Source: an uncultured virus (IMG/VR IMGVR_UViG_3300005662_008418) (Duplodnaviria; Heunggongvirae; Uroviricota; Caudoviricetes). Taken from it: 64,000 nucleotides of DNA. The translations under genes were made by a program, and so were the position numbers. Below the pieces are notes generated by a model. The model was not told where the DNA came from. It saw nothing but the letters and a program-made list of their open reading frames with translations, and searched no databases. Positions within the stretch are counted from its first letter, which is position 1; each line of letters starts with the position of its first letter. The stretch is from the IMG/VR virus record IMGVR_UViG_3300005662_008418. One strand, given 5' to 3'. This document shows positions 30,759 through 38,900 of the stretch, in pieces.

Positions 30759-31520
30759 TCAACCTTTCAATTCTTGATGAAGATTTTCAACCAGTCTGCC
30801 AATGCTATACTCAATTCTAGGGTTGACGTGACGCATGAGAGGAACAATCTTATGCCTAATAAAAGCTCTTGTTTTTTCCGTATTGCAGTTTGACGGATCT
30901 TCGATCCATTTTACCTGCATTTTACGGCACATCCGCTCGCAATCAGCCCTCGTAGAATCCAAAAGTGGTCTGATCAGATCAACTCCGTCTCCAAGCTTTC
31001 TGCACTTCCTCATGCCAGCAAGAGATGATGCCTTGGAACCTCGCATCAATCGGAAAAGAACTGTCTCGATCTGATCGTTGAGATGATGAGCCACCGCTAC
31101 TGCGTTGCAATTGTGCGCAATCGCAGATTCGCGAAAAATCTCATACCTCATCTCCCTGCACTCGTCGTAGACATTGCTTGAGATGCTGCTGGGATCAATG
31201 TCCTTGCGAACAAAGATGCAACCGAGACTGCATGCGAGATTTTTGGACAGCGCCACGTCTTCCTCACAGTTCTCCCTGAGGTTGTGGCACACATGAACGG
31301 CGACAATATTGTCGAGCCTGCCCCTGTCCCTGAGAACGCAAAGAGATCCAAGAAGCGCACAAGAGTCCGCACCTCCACTAAGGCCCACCAGGATATCCCT
31401 AGTTCCTTTTGGCAGATTCGATTCGCAGTGGAACACAATCTTGTCCCTGCGAGCCTGCAATGGCACAAGTTTATTGCGTTTGTGCGCCTGGAAATGTGCA
31501 GATGTCTTCGTGTTTGCCAT
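30759..31520 (-). CDS. tilS: tRNA(Ile)-lysidine synthetase, catalytic domain only
   Basis: LSGGADS PP-loop, HVCHNLR, REMRY, AHHLNDQIETVLFRLMRGS, LIRPLL, EDPSN....RAFIRHKIVP. Confidence 0.9.
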   Translation of the reverse strand: MANTKTSAHFQAHKRNKLVPLQARRDKIVFHCESNLPKGTRDILVGLSGGADSCALLGSLCVLRDRGRLDNIVAVHVCHNLRENCEEDVALSKNLACSLGCIFVRKDIDPSSISSNVYDECREMRYEIFRESAIAHNCNAVAVAHHLNDQIETVLFRLMRGSKASSLAGMRKCRKLGDGVDLIRPLLDSTRADCERMCRKMQVKWIEDPSNCNTEKTRAFIRHKIVPLMRHVNPRIEYSIGRLVENLHQELKG

Positions 31521-31899
31521 TAGGATTACACCTGACTATTTTTCCGCTCCAATCCAGAGCGAATACTGGTGATTTATGGTGACCGTAACGCTTAGCGCAC
31601 TGCCTGCATGGAATGGAGCATCTGAATTCTCTGAATCTGTTTACTCTGACTCCAATAAAAAAAGCAACATCCTTACAATCGAAGTCATTATGAAACAGGT
31701 CAAATTCAGCATGATGTGCCCCCCAGGGATATCCTGCGTCACTGGCAGCATCACTCGTGGCAACTCTGTTTATTCCACATCCGATCATGTTTCCGTTTAT
31801 GTCGAATGCCGCAAATGCGTGCTTTTTAGCCTGAGGAGACTGCGTCATTGCCTCCACCCCAGTTTCAAGAAAACATGAAACAAGGAAATCATGACCTAT
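31471..31899 (-). CDS. zinc-dependent nucleoside/nucleotide deaminase-fold protein (start uncertain; first ATG at 31848)
   Basis: KHAFAAF..G..IGCGIN, HAE and PCRQC motifs; its 3' end overlaps the tilS start. Confidence 0.75.
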   Translation of the reverse strand: MGHDFLVSCFLETGVEAMTQSPQAKKHAFAAFDINGNMIGCGINRVATSDAASDAGYPWGAHHAEFDLFHNDFDCKDVAFFIGVRVNRFREFRCSIPCRQCAKRYGHHKSPVFALDWSGKIVRCNPNGKHEDICTFPGAQTQ

Positions 31900-31942
31900 A
31901 TTTAAAGAGGATTCCTCGCGAGAAGGCGATAAATTAAATATA

Positions 31943-32326
31943 ATGTCGTCTTGGTATAAAAAAGCATCTCGACCAATCGCGCTAGAAGGACAAGCCGTAC
32001 GGGGCTTCACTCCTACTGGCGATTTCTTTGTTTCCAAGGTCAAGAAGGCAAAAATGGGGCCCAAAGATATTCCTATCATATTGACGGAAGATGGTCACAA
32101 AACAGACATGAGCCTTATTAGGAACAACCACATTTTCTGGCCACAGAGTAAAAAAAAGCAAAGGTGCCTTGTAAGGTATTCTTACTGCGGCAGGCTGTGG
32201 GACGGAGAGGCGGATGTGGCTGAAGGCGACCCTATTGTAGAAGTCACACACACCGATCCCATGGGCGGAATGCCCTTTCTGGTCAAAATCCCTGTGGCAA
32301 ACATCATGTCTGTGATGCCGAAATAG
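31943..32326 (+). CDS. hypothetical protein
   Basis: Divergent ORF starting MSSWYKKAS. Confidence 0.65.
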   Translation: MSSWYKKASRPIALEGQAVRGFTPTGDFFVSKVKKAKMGPKDIPIILTEDGHKTDMSLIRNNHIFWPQSKKKQRCLVRYSYCGRLWDGEADVAEGDPIVEVTHTDPMGGMPFLVKIPVANIMSVMPK

Positions 32327-32330
32327 CCTT

Positions 32331-32948
32331 GTGTTTGTCACTAAAGTAAAAAGCATTGAAAAACCAGATAAACTCAGCTGGGAAGTTAAAAACCCTACTG
32401 GGTTAAACCTACTCATAGCTCCGCCATCCTGGGGAAAAAGTTTTCTTTTAGAATCGCTTGTAAAGTTATGGGCTGGTCAGGGCCATACAGCACCTCCATA
32501 TCGAGCTGAAATGTCAATGGATGATGGAAGGATGTTCCTGCTGGGAGGCAGAGATCAATCTAATTTTTCCGTTGGAATAAACGCATCCATAGACTCTGGG
32601 AAAAATGGCATTTTGTTTTACCCAGGTAATGCCCGAAGAATAGTCTATCCCAGTTCCTCTCATGGTCATTCGGTTAAGTGTGCATTGGCACCACTAAGTG
32701 ATATGAAAATAGGATTACAAAAATCAGTATTATTAATTGACGACATAGATTTTGGCATGGATGAGCATTCTGTTATGGAACTTCTATACATACTAAATGC
32801 AAATGCAAAGAAAACAGGCAACCAGATACTCGCCACGACCTCCCGCACTGAATTATCTCAAAAACTAGACGCCGATTCCACTCATGTAGCCTCAAGCGGT
32901 TGGAGAATTTTCAAGTCGACTATAGAGGATGTACTAAAGGGTACTTGA
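32331..32948 (+). CDS. small P-loop ATPase (ABC/AAA-like)
   Basis: GLNLLIAPPSWGKS (Walker A), LLIDDID (Walker B), QILATTS. Confidence 0.7.
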   Translation: MFVTKVKSIEKPDKLSWEVKNPTGLNLLIAPPSWGKSFLLESLVKLWAGQGHTAPPYRAEMSMDDGRMFLLGGRDQSNFSVGINASIDSGKNGILFYPGNARRIVYPSSSHGHSVKCALAPLSDMKIGLQKSVLLIDDIDFGMDEHSVMELLYILNANAKKTGNQILATTSRTELSQKLDADSTHVASSGWRIFKSTIEDVLKGT

Positions 32949-32956
32949 TATTTTGA

Positions 32957-33244
32957 ATGTATAAGACTTTTATGAACTGGTATAAAGAAGCATCATTAAA
33001 AGAATGGTTTGGCAAAGGAAAAAAAGGCGACTGGGTCAACATATGCGCCAAGGGCATGCCTCCATGCGGCAGATCAGATGCAGATTCTGGTGGATACCCC
33101 AAATGCCTGCCAAGAAGCAAGGCTAAGAGCATGAGCGCCTCCGAAAGAAAAAATTCATGTGAACGCAAGAGAAAGGTAGAGCGCAAAGAAGGCGATACTG
33201 GATCAAGAAAGCCTAATTTCGTACCTACAAAACCAAAGAAGTAA
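32957..33244 (+). CDS. small basic Cys-containing viral protein (LKEWF..WV..PCGR..YPKCLP; DUF5872-like)
   Basis: Motif recognised from viral small basic proteins. Confidence 0.65.
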   Translation: MYKTFMNWYKEASLKEWFGKGKKGDWVNICAKGMPPCGRSDADSGGYPKCLPRSKAKSMSASERKNSCERKRKVERKEGDTGSRKPNFVPTKPKK

Positions 33245-33709
33245 TTACTTCCACTTGCCTTCTCTTATTTCCTGCAACTCATCGGCCAGAGAATGTCCAC
33301 TACGATCCTTGGCATGATTAATGTACGCAAATGTTCTGCATCTAACTTTGCGTGGCAATTCAAAAATCCCGTAATTAAGCATATGCAATACCGTATCGGG
33401 ATAATTTACAAAAATCTCTTCTCCACTTTTTATAAGAGTTGATGCGTAAAGAATGAAGTTGCCGTCTTCTGATCTTTTGACAAAAGAATTTGCATTATTT
33501 TTATGATTGCAAAAACGGCAAGATTCATCTCGTATGTAAGAATTTGGTTTTTTATCCTGCCAGCAGAAAACTGATATCTTTTCTCCAGAACCAATGTCCC
33601 TAGAAGCAAATATCCCTATCCCATGAAGCCCTGAAGGGCCTATGGCATAGGGATATTTATCTTTTGGGTTTTTAACTTTACTCAGATTACTTGTATTGGT
33701 TTCTGACAC
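33245..33709 (-). CDS. SET-domain protein (putative lysine methyltransferase)
   Basis: SGLHGIGIFASRDIGSGE, RFCNH...N, IKSGEEIFVNY. Confidence 0.85.
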   Translation of the reverse strand: MSETNTSNLSKVKNPKDKYPYAIGPSGLHGIGIFASRDIGSGEKISVFCWQDKKPNSYIRDESCRFCNHKNNANSFVKRSEDGNFILYASTLIKSGEEIFVNYPDTVLHMLNYGIFELPRKVRCRTFAYINHAKDRSGHSLADELQEIREGKWK

Positions 33710-34571
33710 GAATAAGAACCTCTTTTACCCTTCCCTGAGGGACTCCAGGTTCCTTTTCGAATGTTTTCACCGAACCACCTGCTCTCAAATGAGATACAAG
33801 CATTTTAAAAATCTCTTCGTCCCGCTCGTCCTTCATGATGGGAGTGCCGGAGTCAAACTTATCGATAAGCTTGTAAATCTCCGACATGTTGCCCGATGAC
33901 GAATGAGCAAGCGCAGGCTTGTACTTGATGGAAGGCTCCACATCATCCTTGAGGCGGAACCTGGTCTTCCTGTTGTTGCAGCGCTCTTGATCCCTGAAGA
34001 CTTCACGCTTCAGAGAGTTGACGGCAAAGGTCGAAAATTTGATGGCGTAGTATGGATTGAACAAATCCACGCACTTAATGAGGATTTGATTGCAAAGAGA
34101 GCAACGATCCTCCATGTCGTGGTCACCGATGTACTTTTCACGCCATTTGTTTGTAACGGTGAAGATAAGCGGAGTGTTGATCGCAATCAGGGCACTGCGA
34201 ATTTCGAAAAGATCCACAGCGATGTCCGCGATATCGTCGCTGATGCTGGAGGTGACGATGCGGGGATTATTCCCCATAGCCACCATACTCAAGAGCTTTC
34301 GCTTCAGGTTTACAAGAAGTTCAAATGACTCTTGCTCCTGCTTCGATGTCATCACCTGGTTCCCGCTTTCCTTTTCAAAAGACAGGAAAAGCTCGCGACA
34401 GCGGTGAGTTACTGCTGCAATCTTCCAGTCATCCCAATCATTACCCTTGGTATCCACGACTCCAGTGGTCAGGATTGGAATCCGTTTCACAATGTCCTTG
34501 CGAAACATTGCCTTTTCTGCGACTGACATCCTTATCATGCGTCCTCCTGTTATCAGACTTTTTCTTCCCAC
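33687..34571 (-). CDS. sigma-70-family-like RNA polymerase sigma factor
   Basis: Region 2-like RSALIAINTPLI...EDR.S.....LIKCVDLFNP..AIKFSTFA. The region 4-like C-terminus is degenerate. Confidence 0.75.
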   Translation of the reverse strand: MGRKSLITGGRMIRMSVAEKAMFRKDIVKRIPILTTGVVDTKGNDWDDWKIAAVTHRCRELFLSFEKESGNQVMTSKQEQESFELLVNLKRKLLSMVAMGNNPRIVTSSISDDIADIAVDLFEIRSALIAINTPLIFTVTNKWREKYIGDHDMEDRCSLCNQILIKCVDLFNPYYAIKFSTFAVNSLKREVFRDQERCNNRKTRFRLKDDVEPSIKYKPALAHSSSGNMSEIYKLIDKFDSGTPIMKDERDEEIFKMLVSHLRAGGSVKTFEKEPGVPQGRVKEVLIRVRNQYK

Positions 34572-34586
34572 TGCTGCAGAGACGGC

Positions 34587-34614
34587 AAGTTAACGAACTT
34601 TGCGCATGCGTCAA
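34587..34614 (-). promoter_or_regulatory. sigma70-type promoter upstream of the sigma-factor gene
   Basis: TTGACG-16 nt-TAACTT in the intergenic gap. Confidence 0.5.
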
Positions 34615-34648
34615 TACCTGTGGTCAGTGATGTTTCTAACTTCTTTTT

Positions 34649-35143
34649 TTAGGGGTTTTGCCCCATGTGGATCTTGATGTCCATCTTGTTCGTAAAGTAC
34701 TCTACGAACTCGACTTCTGACGATCTGTCTGCATGCGTGCGCCCACCGCACCATATGTCCCTCATTCCTGTGGAAGCTATGTGGATAAGGCATCTGGAGC
34801 ATGGAACCCCAGTAACGTATATGCGACAATTTGTCAAAGATTTGTGTGCTGAAATGATCGCATTCATTTCAGCGTGTACCATGAATGCATACTTTTCTGG
34901 CCGTAAATTGGGAAATTCTGCATCAGGAGCACCTGCGGGAAATCCGTTATAGCCAGTGCTGATAATGCGATTTTGAGAGTCGACTATGACCGCGCCATGC
35001 TGAGTCTGGGCATCATGCGAGCGGTTTGCTACCAATTCGCATAATTTTAAAAAATAAGAATGCCAGTCAGGTCTTTCATGAGACCTGTCAATGCATTCCA
35101 TTATTCTTTTATCTATTGTGTATTTCTTGTCATCCATGTCCAT
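34649..35143 (-). CDS. dCMP deaminase
   Basis: RPDWHSYF...RSHDAQTQHGAVIV..IISTGYNGFPAG, HAEMNAI, PCSRC. Confidence 0.92.
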   Translation of the reverse strand: MDMDDKKYTIDKRIMECIDRSHERPDWHSYFLKLCELVANRSHDAQTQHGAVIVDSQNRIISTGYNGFPAGAPDAEFPNLRPEKYAFMVHAEMNAIISAHKSLTNCRIYVTGVPCSRCLIHIASTGMRDIWCGGRTHADRSSEVEFVEYFTNKMDIKIHMGQNP

Positions 35144-35178
35144 GGATTATAGACATGGATGATGTGCTCAAAAAGATG

Positions 35179-35562
35179 TTATTTCTTTTCTGGCTGTTTT
35201 TGCTCGATTGCGAAGAGCAATCTGGTCTGCAATTCTGTCATTTTTATTTCTATCTCGCGCAATCTGGTGCTTATGTCTAGCAGCAAGGTGCGGTTGTTAG
35301 ATTCAGCCTGAACAAGACTCGACTCTATTTTTTCATCAGATTTCTTAAGACTCTTGATCTCTTCTTCCAACTGATTAATTCTAGTGGCAGAAACTGATTG
35401 CGTAGTCCATAGCGTGGTAAAGAACACGCCAGCGCCAATCACCACAGTCCATACTAATTGACCAAAAGACACCATGCTTTGCACCTTGTTGCTATTAATG
35501 CTACCATTAGATGTGTCTGAAGAAGCCTGCTTGCTCACCATGTTGTGATCCCCCCAGCACAT
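35179..35562 (-). CDS. single-TM protein with coiled-coil tail
   Basis: FGQLVWTVVIGAGVFFTTLW followed by heptad repeats. Confidence 0.65.
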   Translation of the reverse strand: MCWGDHNMVSKQASSDTSNGSINSNKVQSMVSFGQLVWTVVIGAGVFFTTLWTTQSVSATRINQLEEEIKSLKKSDEKIESSLVQAESNNRTLLLDISTRLREIEIKMTELQTRLLFAIEQKQPEKK

Positions 35563-35569
35563 ATTACGA

Positions 35570-35908
35570 TTACTTTTTTCTATTATTTTTCTTCTTTTTC
35601 CTTCGGGAGGTAGCAGTATTTTTATTTTTTTTAACTGATTCCGACTTCCTATACCCCATTCTCCACAAAGCCTTGGAAATGCTTTGTGCTGAATCTGTTA
35701 TAGCCTCTTCATCCATGTCCCAGTAGCATGCATGAAGCATCTCATGGATGAATATCTCAAGTTCTTCTTCTCCATTAAGAGCATATGCAACTGCTATTTT
35801 GGGCTTGCCTTTGTTGATGCACCAACCAAGCAACTCTGGGTTGATTCTTCTTGGTCTGCTGATCGAAAATCTTTTTCCTCGCAAGTTCACTGTTTTTACA
35901 GGCTTCAT
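35570..35908 (-). CDS. small HExxH metallopeptidase-like protein
   Basis: LGWC...IAV..L...ELEIFIHEMLHA...DEEAI. Confidence 0.7.
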   Translation of the reverse strand: MKPVKTVNLRGKRFSISRPRRINPELLGWCINKGKPKIAVAYALNGEEELEIFIHEMLHACYWDMDEEAITDSAQSISKALWRMGYRKSESVKKNKNTATSRRKKKKNNRKK

Positions 35909-35909
35909 G

Positions 35910-38900
35910 CTAAATTACCAGATTTTTCGAGCAGGGATCCACATCGAGTCCCGACGATAGTGCGATACCGCTCTCGGCCGAAGTGCTAGAGGCAGGTATT
36001 CCCCCGTCGTGAACTATTATTCCTCCTGCGACAAGTGCATGGGCACCCGTCAGACTGAGGGCAACAGTCATTGTTGGTCTCACCTGCCTCACTACTTCAG
36101 ATACACGCACTAGTTGCAGATTCCTGTCCACAACAAAATAATCTGATGATATAATTGATATTGATCTAAACCTAAAATTATTTCCATCTTTTATAAGTAC
36201 TGGATGCTCAAAACTGGCAGATACAGATCCTATTGTAAATCTCTCCTGTTCATATCCTATTTGTATTTGAGAGACTGAGGCAGGAGCAAATATCCACTCA
36301 TTTATTGGCGGAGCCGTCCATCCCTGAGAAATATCGATATTATCGGGCATGCTAACGCCAGGATTGGGATTGGAACCAAATTTAACTCCTAGCACCACAT
36401 CTCCAATGCGTATGTTTTCTACATTTTTCTCGGTACCGTCGGACATCAAGACCTTAGTGCCAAAAGCCAGGCATGCGCATCCGCATGCTATTTCATCCCA
36501 AAGCGCCGAACATGACGAATTATTGTTCGCAAATACTGGGCTATATAATATTTGAGGATATCCATTTAGACATACGGATACGGAATTTATGGAAGGAACT
36601 ATGCACCCTGAGTTGGACAATGCCAATATCTCTTCATATGTAAAGCTGATAGACGGATCAGATGGAGCGCATTGACATCCGCAAGGATTGCTTGCGTGCA
36701 CTTCAACCGTAGTAACTCCGCCGCAGTCGATTATATTACCATTGCCATCAAACCAAACTCCAGCACACGGAGGGGCAGATCCGCATGTTTCCTCTGGAGT
36801 GAAGGACAGTGATCTCTGAGTGTTTCCCCCAGCCTCCGTAGCGCCATCCGTAAAGTTATTGCTTGCAGTTCCAGTTCCAGAATTTATTTCACATCCGCCG
36901 TTGCACTGCTGGCAAGCGGAAGAACATCCCACTGCATCTATGTCAAATGTGAGAACAGAGCTAGGATCTCCATTGCATCCCATGAACGCAAACAGCCTGT
37001 AAGAAGAAGTGGCTGAAGCGGGCAATTGACTGACAACATTATCTATGTATGCGATTCTTTTCTGCGTGCTCACAGTGGCGATGCATCCAGTGTCGAGTAT
37101 TACATTTCGCTCTCCTATATGATATATGTGTTTCCACTTATTTTCATTTAGAGTCTCAGCAGCATACGCCGCAGGATCCCAGTAGAATATGCGCGGGATC
37201 TGCAAATCAAGATCTGCTTCTTGGCCCAAGATATGAAGCTCAGTACTATTGGAAAGAATGGATAATTGCTCTAGGAAATATATGACATTCGATTTGCCAT
37301 CGCTTTGATTTCCAATAGGATCTGTATCCTTAAGTAAGTTTATAACGGGATCTGGTATGAATAAGTCTGGACTAAATACAGATGCTGCTCCTGCCAGTAC
37401 GGTCATAGCCAAATGGTAAATTGAACATGTTGGCATATCAGAACCAATTATGGTACATTTCGCATGGAATGGTCTGAACGAGAAATAACCTCCACTAGCG
37501 CCAGATGGACTTGCAAAATGACCTACTCCGCTATTGTCTGGACAAGCGATGCTTATTGATGATGATATCTTTGCTGTCGCTCCAAAAAGAGGTAACTGCA
37601 TTACGGAGTCTGGCGCAGGAAATGGCTGACCAGATCCCAGCCCTGGTTCCGGTATACCCGGTATATCGATGGCTTCCAGCATGTATCTGTACGCAGGATT
37701 ACTCTCGCAATTGCTTGCTCCCTGCGGGTTAGCCTGCTCTCCCAATCGAACAGGATCAATAGTGCTATCATTATATATAGAAGCTTTAGCATAGCGGTTT
37801 TTCCCACATACTATGAAAATTCTGTCTGCGACTGCGTAATTTTCATATGTCATGCAGATGAAGCCATACTTAAGGGCGCCCCCTTGCGCCAAAGCTGGAT
37901 ATTTCATGGAATCATGGAAATATGGAAGTTCGCATGGAGATGTCTGGACTTGCTGAGTAACATGATTACATTGAGCCGCAGCAAGAAGTTCCAGTCTCAT
38001 TTCCTGTGGACATCCAGTGAATGTTGTTTGAATGATTGGAGTAACAGGCTTCACTTCGTTGCATCCTCCTCCAGAGCAGCCAGAAGGCAGCGCCAAAGCA
38101 GGTCCTTGTCCTTGACCAACTATATTGAAACTAATGCCTGGACATCCCCCTCCGGATATAACATAGCCAGGTGGACACTGGACAGTCGATATTGTGCAAT
38201 CGCACCCTGGCTCTGGCGGCAAGGCTGGGGGGGATCCTCCAAACTCCGAATCAAGATAAAGCGCGGCGAGGCACGAGCCCTGATTCTTCAGGCAGCAGAT
38301 AAGATCTTCACGGATGTACACTGCGGTAATTTTATTTTTACCTCCGCATACCGATGGAGAACAGATGTCCGTGGAGAATGATATCTTATTTTCATTTATA
38401 TTATTTAAATTAAAGAAATTACCAGAGGTAGGAATGGGTAAGGTAGATACGCAACTTCCCACATAGGCAAGAAGATCAATCCATATTCTTTGCGGAACAA
38501 ATGAGTTGCTTCTTATGCCAGATTGATTATAGTCTATTTCAGACAAAGTTCCATCGCTGCATACTACAAACAACTCGACCAGGGTCGGGTCAGAGTTATT
38601 GAATGCATTAAGTATGGAAGCAAGAGTTACCGTGGCATTATTTGCAAAGCAAGAACCTGAAGAGCTAAGGCATAAGCCTATAGAACTTGATTCACTGAAC
38701 TCTGATATAAGTGAATTAACATACGTTGAAGTAATGGTGCACGAAGTTGGACCTACAGAACTGCTGGAGCTGCTTGAACTGGAAGAGAAGCTTGAACTGG
38801 AGGATGAACTCGAACTGGAAGATGAACTCGAACTGGAAGATGAACTAAAACTTGAAGAAGAACTGGAACTTGAGCTGGAAGAGGAAGCTGGCAAATACCT

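Noticed and set aside
31900..32079. N-terminal extension of the deaminase ORF to 32079
   Set aside because: It overlaps the divergent 31943 gene and has no deaminase-like sequence; the true start is probably at or below 31899.
35179..35562. Holin call for the single-TM protein
   Set aside because: No adjacent recognisable endolysin; one TM helix plus a coiled coil is not sufficient.
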